Virus record (IMG/VR): IMGVR_UViG_3300032288_003839
DNA from: an uncultured virus (IMG/VR IMGVR_UViG_3300032288_003839)
Lineage: Duplodnaviria; Heunggongvirae; Uroviricota; Caudoviricetes
Length of the DNA stretch: 64,000 bases
Reading direction: 5' to 3' (one strand)
Part shown: positions 20,760 to 30,928 of the stretch, one piece after another
Position numbering within the stretch: the stretch's first letter is position 1
Layout of the letters: each line of letters starts with the position of its first letter
Program-made: the position numbers and the translations under genes
The notes under the pieces: model-generated
The model's input: only the letters and a program-made list of their open reading frames with translations
Told to the model about the DNA's origin: nothing
Database searches by the model: none

Positions 20760-21323
20760 ATGAGTATTAAATCATTCGATTCATTTAATGAGAAAAAATG
20801 GATACAAGACGCGATTAAAAATCCAGGAGCTTTAAAGAAGTCAATGGGTAAAGGTGAAGATGACAAACTTACTAAAACTGAAATAGAAGCTGAGTTAAAA
20901 GAACTTAAAGCTAAAGATAAAGATCCTAAAAAACCAGGAGCTCAATTAAATAAAAAAGATGCTACTAAAAAAAGAAGATTAGAGTTAGCTAAGACTTTAA
21001 GATCATTCAAAGAGCACCAAGAAACTGATAACTATATGTTCTTTGGTAATTTAGAAACTATGAAAAGATTAGTTGATGAATTATTAACTATGGATCAATC
21101 ACAAATTGATGCTATCTTAAATGAACATGATTGGGCATCTGACCACATTTCAGTAGCTACTGAAAACTTAGAACAAGTATTTGATTTCTTAGCTGGTCAT
21201 AATTCACTAGAAGGTGAAATGGAACACGAAATGGACCATGAAATGGAAGAAGAGGAAGAACATGAAGAAGAAGAGGAAGAAGTAAATGGTGGAGTAATGA
21301 AATTTGGAGAATTCGGATCTTAA
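20760..21323 (+). CDS. Hypothetical (possible internal head) protein
   Basis: N-terminus MSIKSFDSFNE; WIQDAIKNPGAL; acidic C-terminus. Confidence 0.6.
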   Translation: MSIKSFDSFNEKKWIQDAIKNPGALKKSMGKGEDDKLTKTEIEAELKELKAKDKDPKKPGAQLNKKDATKKRRLELAKTLRSFKEHQETDNYMFFGNLETMKRLVDELLTMDQSQIDAILNEHDWASDHISVATENLEQVFDFLAGHNSLEGEMEHEMDHEMEEEEEHEEEEEEVNGGVMKFGEFGS

Positions 21324-21338
21324 AAAATAATTAAAAAA

Positions 21339-21926
21339 ATGTCATACACAAGAGAACAAATACAAGCAGCTGTATTATCTAAAGGATATCTTTGGTTTGA
21401 AGATGATTCAAAGGGACCAAACATTGTTGGTGTTAGAAACTCAGCAACTGGTCAATTAGTAACAAATGCGTTTGATGATACTTTAACAATATCCTATAAG
21501 GAAAATGGGGAATGGAAATTTCATTCTTGGCCAGCAACTACTGACCCTGGTAAAAAAGGAGTTTTAGAATACCATAATGCTGCAGGTGTTGCTAGATTAG
21601 TTGAAGGACAATATATTGGTTCTCATGGTGTTGGATTACACCAAGGAAAATATGAGGCTCTTAAACAAGCAAAGAATGTTAAAGTTTATAGAGACGCTAA
21701 TAAAGATTTAACTTACAATGAGGATAAAATTCAAGAAGGTGTATTTGGTATCAATATTCACAAAGCTGGTGCTGATTCTACTTATGTGGAAAACTGGTCA
21801 GAAGGATGTCAAGTATTCAAAAAGTCTGCTGACTTTGATGCATTTATGGTTATCTGTAATAAGTTTAAATCTAAAAATGGTAATTCATTTACTTACACTT
21901 TAATAGAATCATCTGATATAAAATAA
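21339..21926 (+). CDS. YkuD/L,D-transpeptidase-like cell-wall enzyme
   Basis: GINIHKAG...NWSEGCQV His/Cys motif; same domain at the C-terminus of 47330..48934. Confidence 0.65.
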   Translation: MSYTREQIQAAVLSKGYLWFEDDSKGPNIVGVRNSATGQLVTNAFDDTLTISYKENGEWKFHSWPATTDPGKKGVLEYHNAAGVARLVEGQYIGSHGVGLHQGKYEALKQAKNVKVYRDANKDLTYNEDKIQEGVFGINIHKAGADSTYVENWSEGCQVFKKSADFDAFMVICNKFKSKNGNSFTYTLIESSDIK

Positions 21927-21940
21927 TTAAAAGATAATTA

Positions 21941-21971
21941 AAAAAGACCTCTCAAATTGAGAGGTCTTTTT
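21941..21971 (+). terminator. Intrinsic terminator
   Basis: aaaaagacctctcaa-a-ttgagaggtcttttt. Confidence 0.85.
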
Positions 21972-22016
21972 GTTTTTAAATACTAAACAAAATTAGTTAT
22001 TTAAGATACAAATTAA

Positions 22017-22442
22017 ATGGAAGAACTAGATAAATTTTTACACTTTTTATTAGAAAATATAGATGATAAAAGAATATATATTTCTAAGAAAATGAAGTAT
22101 GGATTCCAACACTTTTATATATCATTCAATATAGACCAATTAGACAAAGATGGAACATATGGAAAACAAAATTCTATTTTTCATAGAAACTCTTTATCTA
22201 TCATAATAGATAATAGAAACCTTTGCGTTGAAATAGACTCTGAGATAGATAATAATTCATTGGTAATAGAAGATGAAGAATTTGTTAAAAAATGGTCTAC
22301 TATCTTAGATGAATTTTTAAGTAGAGAGATTACTCAAAAAATATCTGGTATTATAGACATAACTCTAAGCTCTTGTGAGAATAAGAATCTACATAGAGAT
22401 TATAAAATGAAAAAAATATTTAAAGACGATGAACCTATATAA
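22017..22442 (+). CDS. Hypothetical protein
   Basis: 141 aa; C-terminal RDYKMKKIF. Confidence 0.6.
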   Translation: MEELDKFLHFLLENIDDKRIYISKKMKYGFQHFYISFNIDQLDKDGTYGKQNSIFHRNSLSIIIDNRNLCVEIDSEIDNNSLVIEDEEFVKKWSTILDEFLSREITQKISGIIDITLSSCENKNLHRDYKMKKIFKDDEPI

Positions 22443-22923
22443 TCAAGAAGAAGTAGATAGAATTAATAAAGTTAAAGATACTAATGATAAGTTGGAAGAT
22501 TTCTTTAACGGTAAAAGATATGAATGGAATAAAATTGTTGAGCCACTTTTCAAGGTTCTAACTACTGATTTATCTAACCCTTCAAATTCTAAACACATAT
22601 TAGAAGCTCAGTCTTTAGCTCTAACACATAGACAACAGATTAATGAACAGATTAACTTCTTCTTAAATAAAAGAAGTAAGGAGACTACTAAGATTAAGAA
22701 ATTAAGACAAGATAAGTTTGTATTTTACGCCACTGGATTTGGAATCAAAACAAATTTAGGAGAAAAAGGAATTCTTATTGATGGTCACTTAGCAGAAAAT
22801 GATAGATCATTAGAACTAATAGAATCTTATATTGAATTTTTACGAGACACTGTAAGAAATTTAGAAAGTTTATCATATTCAATTAAGAATATGATTGAGT
22901 TATTGAATTACTTAGGTAAGTAA
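22429..22923 (+). CDS. Helical protein, possibly UvsY-like recombination mediator
   Basis: Size and coiled-coil pattern only; function uncertain. Confidence 0.35.
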   Translation: MNLYNQEEVDRINKVKDTNDKLEDFFNGKRYEWNKIVEPLFKVLTTDLSNPSNSKHILEAQSLALTHRQQINEQINFFLNKRSKETTKIKKLRQDKFVFYATGFGIKTNLGEKGILIDGHLAENDRSLELIESYIEFLRDTVRNLESLSYSIKNMIELLNYLGK

Positions 22924-24050
22924 TACTTAACTTCTATTCCAAGCTTTTTAAGTTCTTCATGTCCTTGGCAACAATCATCACAAAGTTCATCTTTACCATA
23001 TGAACCAGGATAAACTAAATTCATGTATAATTTACCGTTGCAACGATCACAATGTTCACATTCACCTGTTACAGAATGTAACATATAATCACCCTCACTT
23101 GGTAAGTTAGAAAGTAGTTTTTTCTTTTCATCTAAGAAACACATAGTATCAATAAATGGATAATGTCCGAAGTCACCATCTAATTTAACAGTTACCTCAC
23201 CAAAGACATCTTTGCCCTTATATACAAATAAAACATTGTTTTCAATATATGAGTTCATTTTCTTTTTATATAGGAACCCATTATCTTCAGCGAATTTCTT
23301 AAATCTTAATTCATCGGAATCACGATTAACATAAACTCTGTCCATGAAATACTTAGCCTCACAAGGAGAACTTTTTAATTTCCAAACAATAGCTCTTCCG
23401 TGTATACGATCATCTTTATCCACATAAATAAGTAGTTGGACCTTTGATTCATTTTCTGTATAAATATCAAATATCTTCTTCTTTTCATCAGCCATACAAG
23501 AACCACCTAAACTACCAGATCTACTAAAGTATTTTTTCTCATTATAATATTTTGCAATATCAGACCCTTTAACTAATTTGAATTCCATTGAAGTATCTAC
23601 TTTAGATGCTTTGAAAGCATTAACAAAGCTTTCTATATCTTTATCTTTAACATCACCAAGATCACCACTATCATCATTGATTAAATCAACAAGATATTTA
23701 ATTATCTTTCCAATTTTAACCTCGTTTCTACCTTTCATTGTATATGGTAGAGAAGCATCATCATCCGGATCCCAATCTTCAGGAACCTTAGTATTCATTA
23801 TAAATGATAACTTATCATTTGCATCAGTTAGATCAAAATAGTTTTGTTTAACATCAGAATCATCAAAATAATTCTGATTATCAATAATATCAATAATAGC
23901 TTGTGCTATTTCACCTACTTTACCTTTTTCTTTTGAAAGGTTTTGTAACTTAAACATGAAATCGGATGACCCATAAATTTCAGCTTCTAAAAGTAATAAT
24001 AAATTACTTTTGAAACTCTCTAACAAAAAACTATTGTATTTCTTAATCAT
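22908..24050 (-). CDS. Hypothetical protein, paralog of 39386..41278
   Basis: LGGSCM, GRAIVW, MDRVY and YPFIDT motifs shared with the paralog. Confidence 0.7.
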   Translation of the reverse strand: MIKKYNSFLLESFKSNLLLLLEAEIYGSSDFMFKLQNLSKEKGKVGEIAQAIIDIIDNQNYFDDSDVKQNYFDLTDANDKLSFIMNTKVPEDWDPDDDASLPYTMKGRNEVKIGKIIKYLVDLINDDSGDLGDVKDKDIESFVNAFKASKVDTSMEFKLVKGSDIAKYYNEKKYFSRSGSLGGSCMADEKKKIFDIYTENESKVQLLIYVDKDDRIHGRAIVWKLKSSPCEAKYFMDRVYVNRDSDELRFKKFAEDNGFLYKKKMNSYIENNVLFVYKGKDVFGEVTVKLDGDFGHYPFIDTMCFLDEKKKLLSNLPSEGDYMLHSVTGECEHCDRCNGKLYMNLVYPGSYGKDELCDDCCQGHEELKKLGIEVKYYLPK

Positions 24051-24099
24051 ATAACTAAATAATTTTGATTACATATATATAAAAATTTAAATACCATAA

Positions 24100-24480
24100 A
24101 TGAAATTACAAAAATTTATCCTTAGAAAGGATTGGAATATAGAAACCGAATTCGCTGGAATAAAAAATAAAATACTAATTTTTAATAAAGGTAAAGTATT
24201 TGAGGCTGATGATAATGGAAGTTACATTATTGAGTGGATTGGTGGTAGAATGGTATTGGATTTTGATGGTATGAGGTTGGCAATTGATCCAAGTAATGGT
24301 GATACTCTTTTTGATATAATAGAAGAAAAGAAAGATATTGAAATTAAAGTTGAAGAAGTATCTGATAATGACGAAGAAATAGTTAAAAACTGGAGAATCC
24401 AATTAGATGTTAAAACATCAAGAAAGAAACTGAAGGAAATTGAAAAGATCATTAATGAAAAAGTAAAAGAAATATTATAA
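24100..24480 (+). CDS. Hypothetical protein
   Basis: 126 aa ORF with typical composition. Confidence 0.6.
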   Translation: MKLQKFILRKDWNIETEFAGIKNKILIFNKGKVFEADDNGSYIIEWIGGRMVLDFDGMRLAIDPSNGDTLFDIIEEKKDIEIKVEEVSDNDEEIVKNWRIQLDVKTSRKKLKEIEKIINEKVKEIL

Positions 24481-24499
24481 TTTATCCGTATATTTGTAT

Positions 24500-24847
24500 A
24501 TGAATTTGTCCTTTATATTTATAAGCATAATACCAATATCAATAGTTGTCTATCTATTTGTTAAAAAGTATCTAAATAACAGAAAGAGAGAAGAACAATT
24601 AGATATAATAGACCACTGGTCTGAATTTAGTCAAACACTAGTAAACTGGGGAGAAGAAATATCAGATATACATGTAAAACATGAGTATATACACTTTTGT
24701 GCATCTGAAATGTCAAAAAAATTTAGTTATAATAATGAACACCGTGAAAATAAAATAAGACAAGAAGTGATTGATAAGTTTATCAATTATATACCTTCAC
24801 TTAGACAAGAAGTAAGAGAAGAAAAAATAAACAAAATATTAAAATAA
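24500..24847 (+). CDS. Membrane-anchored hypothetical protein
   Basis: ATG 24500 lies 3 nt after TATATTTG; N-terminal TM; C-terminal REEKINKILK. Confidence 0.6.
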   Translation: MNLSFIFISIIPISIVVYLFVKKYLNNRKREEQLDIIDHWSEFSQTLVNWGEEISDIHVKHEYIHFCASEMSKKFSYNNEHRENKIRQEVIDKFINYIPSLRQEVREEKINKILK

Positions 24848-25740
24848 TGGAAAATAACTATCCTATCGGTGCCCTTTGTGGAAGATTTCAAGTTCATGAA
24901 TTGCACCAAGCACATCGTTACATCATTGACCAAGTAGTTGATAACCACAAAAAAGTTATTTTATTCCTTGGTGTTACTAAAACAGCAGGTACTAAAAAGA
25001 ATCCTCTTGATTTTGAAACAAGAAAAAGAATGATTCAAAAACACTACCCTGATATTACAATTATATCACTACCAGACTTCGGTGATGATAAAAGATGGTC
25101 ACAAGAAATGGATAAAAGAATCAGGGAGATATATCCAGTTGGTGATGTTTTAATGTATGGTGGTAGAGATTCATTTATTCCTTATTATAAAAACGGTGGT
25201 GGTCAATTTCATTGTAAGGAATTAGAACAACACACCTTTGTTTCAGGAACTGAGGTTAGAAAAATTGTTTCTGAGCAAGTAAAAGATTCATCAGACTTTA
25301 GAGCTGGTGTTATTTATCAATCATATAATCAATTTCCTAAAGTACATCCTTGTGTAGATATTGTTCCATTTAATGAAGATGGTACTAAAATTCTTCTAGC
25401 TAGAAAACCTAATGAAGACGGATGGAGATTTATTGGTGGATTTGCTAATCCAAATGACCAATCATATGAAATGACTGCTAAAAGAAAACTTAGAGAAGAA
25501 GCAGGACCAATTGAAGTTGGTGATGTTAGATATGTTACATCACTTAAAGTAGATGATTGGAGATACCGTTCAGAAGAAGATAAAATACTTACAATACTAT
25601 TTAAGTGTAAATATGTATTTGGATCCATAGAACCATCACAAGAAATATCAGAGTTAAAATGGTTTGATTTAAAATTATTTAATAAAAATGATATGGTTAT
25701 TGAACACAAAGAATTAATTGAAATATTAAAAAATATATGA
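24847..25740 (+). CDS. nadM: Bifunctional NMN adenylyltransferase / Nudix (NadM-Nudix, NatV-like)
   Basis: GRFQ..LHQAH, KNPLDFETR and SGTEVR in the N-domain; GGF...LREEAG Nudix C-domain. Confidence 0.88.
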   Translation: MENNYPIGALCGRFQVHELHQAHRYIIDQVVDNHKKVILFLGVTKTAGTKKNPLDFETRKRMIQKHYPDITIISLPDFGDDKRWSQEMDKRIREIYPVGDVLMYGGRDSFIPYYKNGGGQFHCKELEQHTFVSGTEVRKIVSEQVKDSSDFRAGVIYQSYNQFPKVHPCVDIVPFNEDGTKILLARKPNEDGWRFIGGFANPNDQSYEMTAKRKLREEAGPIEVGDVRYVTSLKVDDWRYRSEEDKILTILFKCKYVFGSIEPSQEISELKWFDLKLFNKNDMVIEHKELIEILKNI

Positions 25741-26819
25741 ATATAAACACATCCCCTGTTACATACTCTTCCATTGTTCAAATTGGAGAGATGGCTACAA
25801 AATTAGAAAAAGAAACCAGTGACAAATATCTAAAACTTCATAGAGGAGTTATGGATGTCACAACAATTGAATTAAATACAATCTCTCAAAAGATTGATTT
25901 TAATAGTAAAAAAATACAACAATATGGTGGAAATGATGGCGACACACAACTAGTGGAAACTATAAAAGATAAGTTCCATCTTAAAGACCATTATGTAATG
26001 ACTGTTCCAGGTGGGATGGCTGCTCTTGATTTAGTAATAAACTCACTATCAGATAAAACATTTTGGATTCCTAAATACCATTGGGGTTCTTGGAATAAAA
26101 TTCTCACCATTCACGGTAAAGAAATCAAAACATTTAATGACTTTGATATCAGAAATGTTGAAGTTGGTGAGGGTGTTGTAATGTTATGTTATCCTTCAAA
26201 TCCCACAGGATATGCTCCTAAATTTGAAGACTTAAAAGCATTTGCTGATGTTTGTAGAGAAAGAGGGCAAACTCTTATCTTAGACTTGCCTTACTACTAT
26301 CTATTCAATGATATGTCTAATAACATATATGAACTTTATTCAGATAATGTAATAATTATCTCATCATTTTCTAAATCAATTGGACTATCCGGATTAAGAA
26401 TTGGATACATTGGGACTAAAAATAAAGAGTTATATGACACTATGAAGATTAGATCTTTATATAAGTATAATTCTATATCAACCGTACCACAAAGTATCAT
26501 AAATGACCTATTAACAACAAATGAGGGTATTGAATCACTTAATGATTATAAGAAAGTAACGAAGGATCACATAACAAAAAATATTCAATACTTATCTGAG
26601 AATGGATTACTATTTGATGAATATACAGATATTCCAGTAGGACCATTTGCAATTGTTAATAAAAACTTTGATGAATTATTGAAATATAAGATAACAAGTG
26701 TTCCCCTAAATAAATTCACTTTTAATAATAAGGAAGAAAAGTTAAAAGATGTATCAAGAATTTCAGTGGCGGTAGACCACAATTTATTTGTAGAATATTT
26801 CAATAGAATTGAAAAATAG
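25737..26819 (+). CDS. PLP-dependent aminotransferase class I/II
   Basis: PSNPTG; ILDLPY; SFSKSIGLSGLRIGY containing the PLP lysine. Confidence 0.85.
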   Translation: MNINTSPVTYSSIVQIGEMATKLEKETSDKYLKLHRGVMDVTTIELNTISQKIDFNSKKIQQYGGNDGDTQLVETIKDKFHLKDHYVMTVPGGMAALDLVINSLSDKTFWIPKYHWGSWNKILTIHGKEIKTFNDFDIRNVEVGEGVVMLCYPSNPTGYAPKFEDLKAFADVCRERGQTLILDLPYYYLFNDMSNNIYELYSDNVIIISSFSKSIGLSGLRIGYIGTKNKELYDTMKIRSLYKYNSISTVPQSIINDLLTTNEGIESLNDYKKVTKDHITKNIQYLSENGLLFDEYTDIPVGPFAIVNKNFDELLKYKITSVPLNKFTFNNKEEKLKDVSRISVAVDHNLFVEYFNRIEK

Positions 26820-26856
26820 TCCGTATATTTGTATATTAAAATAAAAAATAAATAAT

Positions 26857-28287
26857 ATGTTTAACGACAACATTTTAACACTGACTGACAGTTACAAATC
26901 CACACACTGGAAGCAGTATCCGAAAGGAACGACAAAAGTTTACTCTTATCTTGAATCAAGAGGTGGTAAATTTGATAACACAATGTTTTATGGTTTACAA
27001 TACTTCATTAAAAACTACTTAACTGGTAGAGTTGTTACTGAAGAAAAAATTACAAAAGCAAAAAAGTTCTGGGACGCACATCTTGGTCACGGCTACTTTA
27101 ATGAAGAAGGATGGCGACATATACTAATCGCACACAACGGACACCTACCCGTTAGGATTAAAGCAGTTCCAGAAGGAACAGTTGTTAAAACAGGAAATGT
27201 TTTAGTTACAGTTGAAAACACTGACCCAGAAGTTCCTTGGTTAACTAACTTTTTAGAAAGTATTTTACTCCAAGTATGGTACCCAATTACAGTTGGTACT
27301 CTTTCAAGAGAAGTTAAGAAAAATCTTATCAACTATCTTAAAAAAACAACCTCTTACAACCCAGAAGAAATTAGTGGCGTAGTGGCTTTCATGTTACATG
27401 ATTTCGGTTTCCGTGGTGTAAGTTCTGTTGAATCATCTGGTTTAGGTGGGTCTGCTCACATCATCAACTTTATGGGAACTGATACAGTACCGGCTATTTT
27501 ATTCGCTCAAGAATATTATAACACTCAAAACACACTGGCCTTCTCAATTCCAGCATCTGAACACTCTACAATCACTTCTTGGGGAGAACCATTTGAAGTT
27601 AAAGCAATGGAAAATATGTTAGACTCATATCCTACCGGTTTAGTGGCTTGTGTATCTGACTCATTTGATATTATCAGAGCTTGTAGAGATTATTGGGGAA
27701 CTACTTTAAGAGATAAGATTTTATCTCGTGATGGTCGTTTAGTAATCCGTCCTGATAGTGGAGATCCAGTTCAAACACTTAAACAAATCTTCCATATCTT
27801 GTGGGATAAGTTTGGTGGAACAATCAATGATAAAGGATTCAAAGTTCTTGACTCTCATATTAGAGTAATTCAAGGTGATGGTGTAAACTTTGAATCAATT
27901 TCAGATATCTGTAATATGATGATTGAAGAAGGATTCTCAGTTGAGAATATCGCATTTGGTATGGGTGGTGCTCTTTTACAAAAAGTAGATAGAGATACTC
28001 AGAAATTCGCCTTCAAATGTTCTTCTATTACTATTAATGGTGAAGAAGCTGAAGTCCGTAAAAATCCAATTGAGATTAATGAGAAAGGTGAAAGAGTACA
28101 ATCTTTCAAAAAGTCAAAAGCTGGTCGTTTGAAGTTAGTAAATGGTCAAACCGTTGAACACTCACATGATGAAGTTGGCGATGAATTAGTTGAGGTATTC
28201 TTCAATGGTAAAATTACTAAAGAATGGTCATTTGAAGAGGTTAGAGAAAGAGCTCAAGTGAATATTCAAATTGAAGAAATGGTCTAA
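26857..28287 (+). CDS. nadV: Nicotinamide phosphoribosyltransferase
   Basis: TDSYK.TH..QYP; LHDFGFRG; PASEHS; RPDSGDP; IQGDG; FGMGG.LLQ..RDT. Confidence 0.95.
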   Translation: MFNDNILTLTDSYKSTHWKQYPKGTTKVYSYLESRGGKFDNTMFYGLQYFIKNYLTGRVVTEEKITKAKKFWDAHLGHGYFNEEGWRHILIAHNGHLPVRIKAVPEGTVVKTGNVLVTVENTDPEVPWLTNFLESILLQVWYPITVGTLSREVKKNLINYLKKTTSYNPEEISGVVAFMLHDFGFRGVSSVESSGLGGSAHIINFMGTDTVPAILFAQEYYNTQNTLAFSIPASEHSTITSWGEPFEVKAMENMLDSYPTGLVACVSDSFDIIRACRDYWGTTLRDKILSRDGRLVIRPDSGDPVQTLKQIFHILWDKFGGTINDKGFKVLDSHIRVIQGDGVNFESISDICNMMIEEGFSVENIAFGMGGALLQKVDRDTQKFAFKCSSITINGEEAEVRKNPIEINEKGERVQSFKKSKAGRLKLVNGQTVEHSHDEVGDELVEVFFNGKITKEWSFEEVRERAQVNIQIEEMV

Positions 28288-28290
28288 ACT

Positions 28291-28322
28291 AAAAACCCTC
28301 TGAAAAATCAGAGGGTTTTTTT
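28291..28322. terminator. Bidirectional intrinsic terminator
   Basis: aaaaaccctctga-aaaa-tcagagggttttt between convergent genes. Confidence 0.85.
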
Positions 28323-28710
28323 ATTTCTTTTTCTTTTTAGCTTTTGCTGCTTTAGCTTTAGCCCATAAGTCAGCATCAGCTTTTCTAGCACCACCAGCAC
28401 CAGTGATAAATGAGTTTACTCTACCCATTCCCCATTGATGTTGAGCTACACCTGGTCTGTGACCAGCATTCCAAGCTTGCATTCCTTTAGCAAATACTTT
28501 TCTTAAAATACCCATTGGTATTCCAGATGCTTTAGATTTTTTACGAAGAGATTCAGTAACTCCTGATTTCTTCTCTTCATATAGCTCATCATCTTCATCT
28601 AAATCATCAACCATTTCATTTGTGAAATTATTTTCTAGTTCAAAATCTTCAGATTCTAAGTAAACCGAAAAATCTTCAGTTAAGTCTGTAAAGTTTAGTA
28701 AGTGTTTCAT
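28321..28710 (-). CDS. Hypothetical protein (possible DUF5824-like domain)
   Basis: SGIP.GIL.KVF.KG..AW..GHRPG..QHQW...RVNSF; family name recalled, not verified. Confidence 0.55.
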   Translation of the reverse strand: MKHLLNFTDLTEDFSVYLESEDFELENNFTNEMVDDLDEDDELYEEKKSGVTESLRKKSKASGIPMGILRKVFAKGMQAWNAGHRPGVAQHQWGMGRVNSFITGAGGARKADADLWAKAKAAKAKKKKK

Positions 28711-28713
28711 ATT

Positions 28714-29628
28714 TTATTTTTCTTTTTTCCCAAACATTCTTTGGTATGCTTTAGTTGCTGCTGATTTCTTAGTTTTAACTCTTTTACCCTCACCACCTTT
28801 TCCAGATTTGTAATCAGCATCCCAGTCCTTTTTATATTCTTTCTTACCAACAAATCTATCAATTTCCTTTTTCATCTTTCCAGGGTTTGCAGTTAAATAT
28901 TTACCAGGTATCTTTCTACCCTTATATCTTTGAGATTTTGCTCTCTCATTTAAATCCTCTTCCCAGTTAAAATTTCTTTTTAAGTAATTAAATGCTGTAT
29001 CATATGCGTTTAAAACTTGCATAGGTTCAGTTCCATACTTACTCATAATTTTATCACCAACTCTTATTATCTCCTTAGATGTCCATTCCTTCCAAGATTC
29101 GGAATCATCACCAAATAAAATAGTATCAACTACTAAATCTATTGTTTCTTTATCATATGGTGAAAGTACTTTCTCCATATCTTCTACAATACCATCAGTA
29201 TCAGCAGTATTATCCATAACACCAATTTTATAAAAATTCAAAATTCTTTTAATGACATCTTCAGTCTCTGATTCTTTTATAGAAGAACTATATTCACCTG
29301 ATTCAGAAACACCTAGTATCATTTGAATATCTTTTTCAATCATATCTAACCCTTCATCAATTGATTCAACATTTTCTGTAAAGTCCACAGTCTCACCAAC
29401 TACTTTTGTTAGTATTAAATCATCTATATCAAACTCATATCTAACTGATAATTCGCCTGTTGAAAAATTAACTAGCAACTGATGGTCATTTTTATTTTCC
29501 CATTCATAGATAAAATTCTGACCAGATGAAATGCCATCAACTAAGTCTTTTAATTCCTGCATCTTAATATCTATGATGCTATCATTTTCTACAAACTCTC
29601 TTATAAACTGATTCCACTTTTTTATCAT
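28714..29628 (-). CDS. Hypothetical (possible internal head) protein
   Basis: Probable start MIKKWNQFIREFVE at 29628 after TTAATATATA; acidic body with basic tail. Confidence 0.65.
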   Translation of the reverse strand: MIKKWNQFIREFVENDSIIDIKMQELKDLVDGISSGQNFIYEWENKNDHQLLVNFSTGELSVRYEFDIDDLILTKVVGETVDFTENVESIDEGLDMIEKDIQMILGVSESGEYSSSIKESETEDVIKRILNFYKIGVMDNTADTDGIVEDMEKVLSPYDKETIDLVVDTILFGDDSESWKEWTSKEIIRVGDKIMSKYGTEPMQVLNAYDTAFNYLKRNFNWEEDLNERAKSQRYKGRKIPGKYLTANPGKMKKEIDRFVGKKEYKKDWDADYKSGKGGEGKRVKTKKSAATKAYQRMFGKKEK

Positions 29629-29696
29629 AGGTTTATATATTAAATAAACAAAATCTATTTTTTTCAATATATCATGTAGTAAAAACTATACCAAAA

Positions 29697-30479
29697 ATGG
29701 CAAATAAAGTTAAGTTCAAAATAAAATCAGAAAAATTCGCAGACTTCATCAGTAAGTTAGATGACCTAACCAAAATAGAAGACACTATCAAATTAAAAAT
29801 TGATAATGATAATATCTTAATGTATTCTATGATGGGTGGTAATGTGATGTTAGCATTCAAAAACTATTTAATCAATACAAAAGATTACTTAGACTATAGT
29901 GATGACTTAGAATATTCAATTGATATTATTATTGCTAATGCTAAAAAATTTGTAAAGAATCTTAATTTCATTAAAGACTCTGATAAAGTTACAATGGAAA
30001 TCAGTTACAAAGAATCATCTGATGATGATACTATCATGAATGGTAGATCCTTACAAGTTGTAGGTGGTAAATTAAAAGTAAACTGGGTAGCAGCTGAACA
30101 TTTTGAAATGAGAGATATCAACAAATTAGCTCTTAAACAAAGATTAGACTTAAAAGGTAGAAAATGGAATTTCTCTATTAATAAATCAGACTTTTCAGAT
30201 GTTAAAAAACTATCTAATATCAATAGTGAAAGAATTATTAATATCAATATTATAAATGGTAAAGTACTACTATCAGAGAATGCTGCTTGGGAATTAGAGA
30301 TAGATTCTATTGATATGGAGAGAAACGCCAATCTAATGTTAAATAAGAAATTCCTTTCTTGTATTAATGATGATATGGAAAATATAGAATTTAATATATT
30401 TGAAACCTTTATGTTGATTAAAGATGATATATCAAATTTAATGCTTTCATTTGAGCAAAATTTCGAAAACGAGGATTAA
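29697..30479 (+). CDS. Putative sliding clamp (gp45/PCNA-like)
   Basis: 260 aa, acidic, with a two-fold beta-alpha-beta pattern (FKIKSEKFADFI / FSINKSDFSDVK); near replication genes. Confidence 0.45.
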   Translation: MANKVKFKIKSEKFADFISKLDDLTKIEDTIKLKIDNDNILMYSMMGGNVMLAFKNYLINTKDYLDYSDDLEYSIDIIIANAKKFVKNLNFIKDSDKVTMEISYKESSDDDTIMNGRSLQVVGGKLKVNWVAAEHFEMRDINKLALKQRLDLKGRKWNFSINKSDFSDVKKLSNINSERIININIINGKVLLSENAAWELEIDSIDMERNANLMLNKKFLSCINDDMENIEFNIFETFMLIKDDISNLMLSFEQNFENED

Positions 30480-30538
30480 CCAATTACTTTTGAGCAAGAT
30501 TTTTCCGAAGATGAATAATTTTTCCTTATATTTGTATA

Positions 30539-30928
30539 ATGAGTTATGCAAATAAATTTCTATTAGTAAAATACAACGCTCAATTATTATATGATAATTC
30601 AAAATCTTTAGTTAAAGATGTTAGAAAAATAATGGTGATACATGATAATAAAATGTGTATCATGCATCTTGATGAAAGGTTTAATGATTTAGAATTTCGG
30701 GGATTTGATAATATAACAGGTCAGATATTTTATAAAAATAAAGAAGCATTAAATCAGGTTATTGATTATCTAAAAGATAAATATCAAGAATTAAAAAATT
30801 CAGACTTTAGATATAAAAGAGGTGATGGGTATGAGGGTAATAAAACATTATACTTAGAAGACTTTATAGAATATCTAAAAATAGAAAACAGAGATAAAAC
30901 AATTGAAAAAATATTAGAAAATGAATAG
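30539..30928 (+). CDS. Hypothetical protein
   Basis: TATATTTG 4 nt upstream; C-terminal RDKTIEKILE. Confidence 0.65.
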   Translation: MSYANKFLLVKYNAQLLYDNSKSLVKDVRKIMVIHDNKMCIMHLDERFNDLEFRGFDNITGQIFYKNKEALNQVIDYLKDKYQELKNSDFRYKRGDGYEGNKTLYLEDFIEYLKIENRDKTIEKILENE

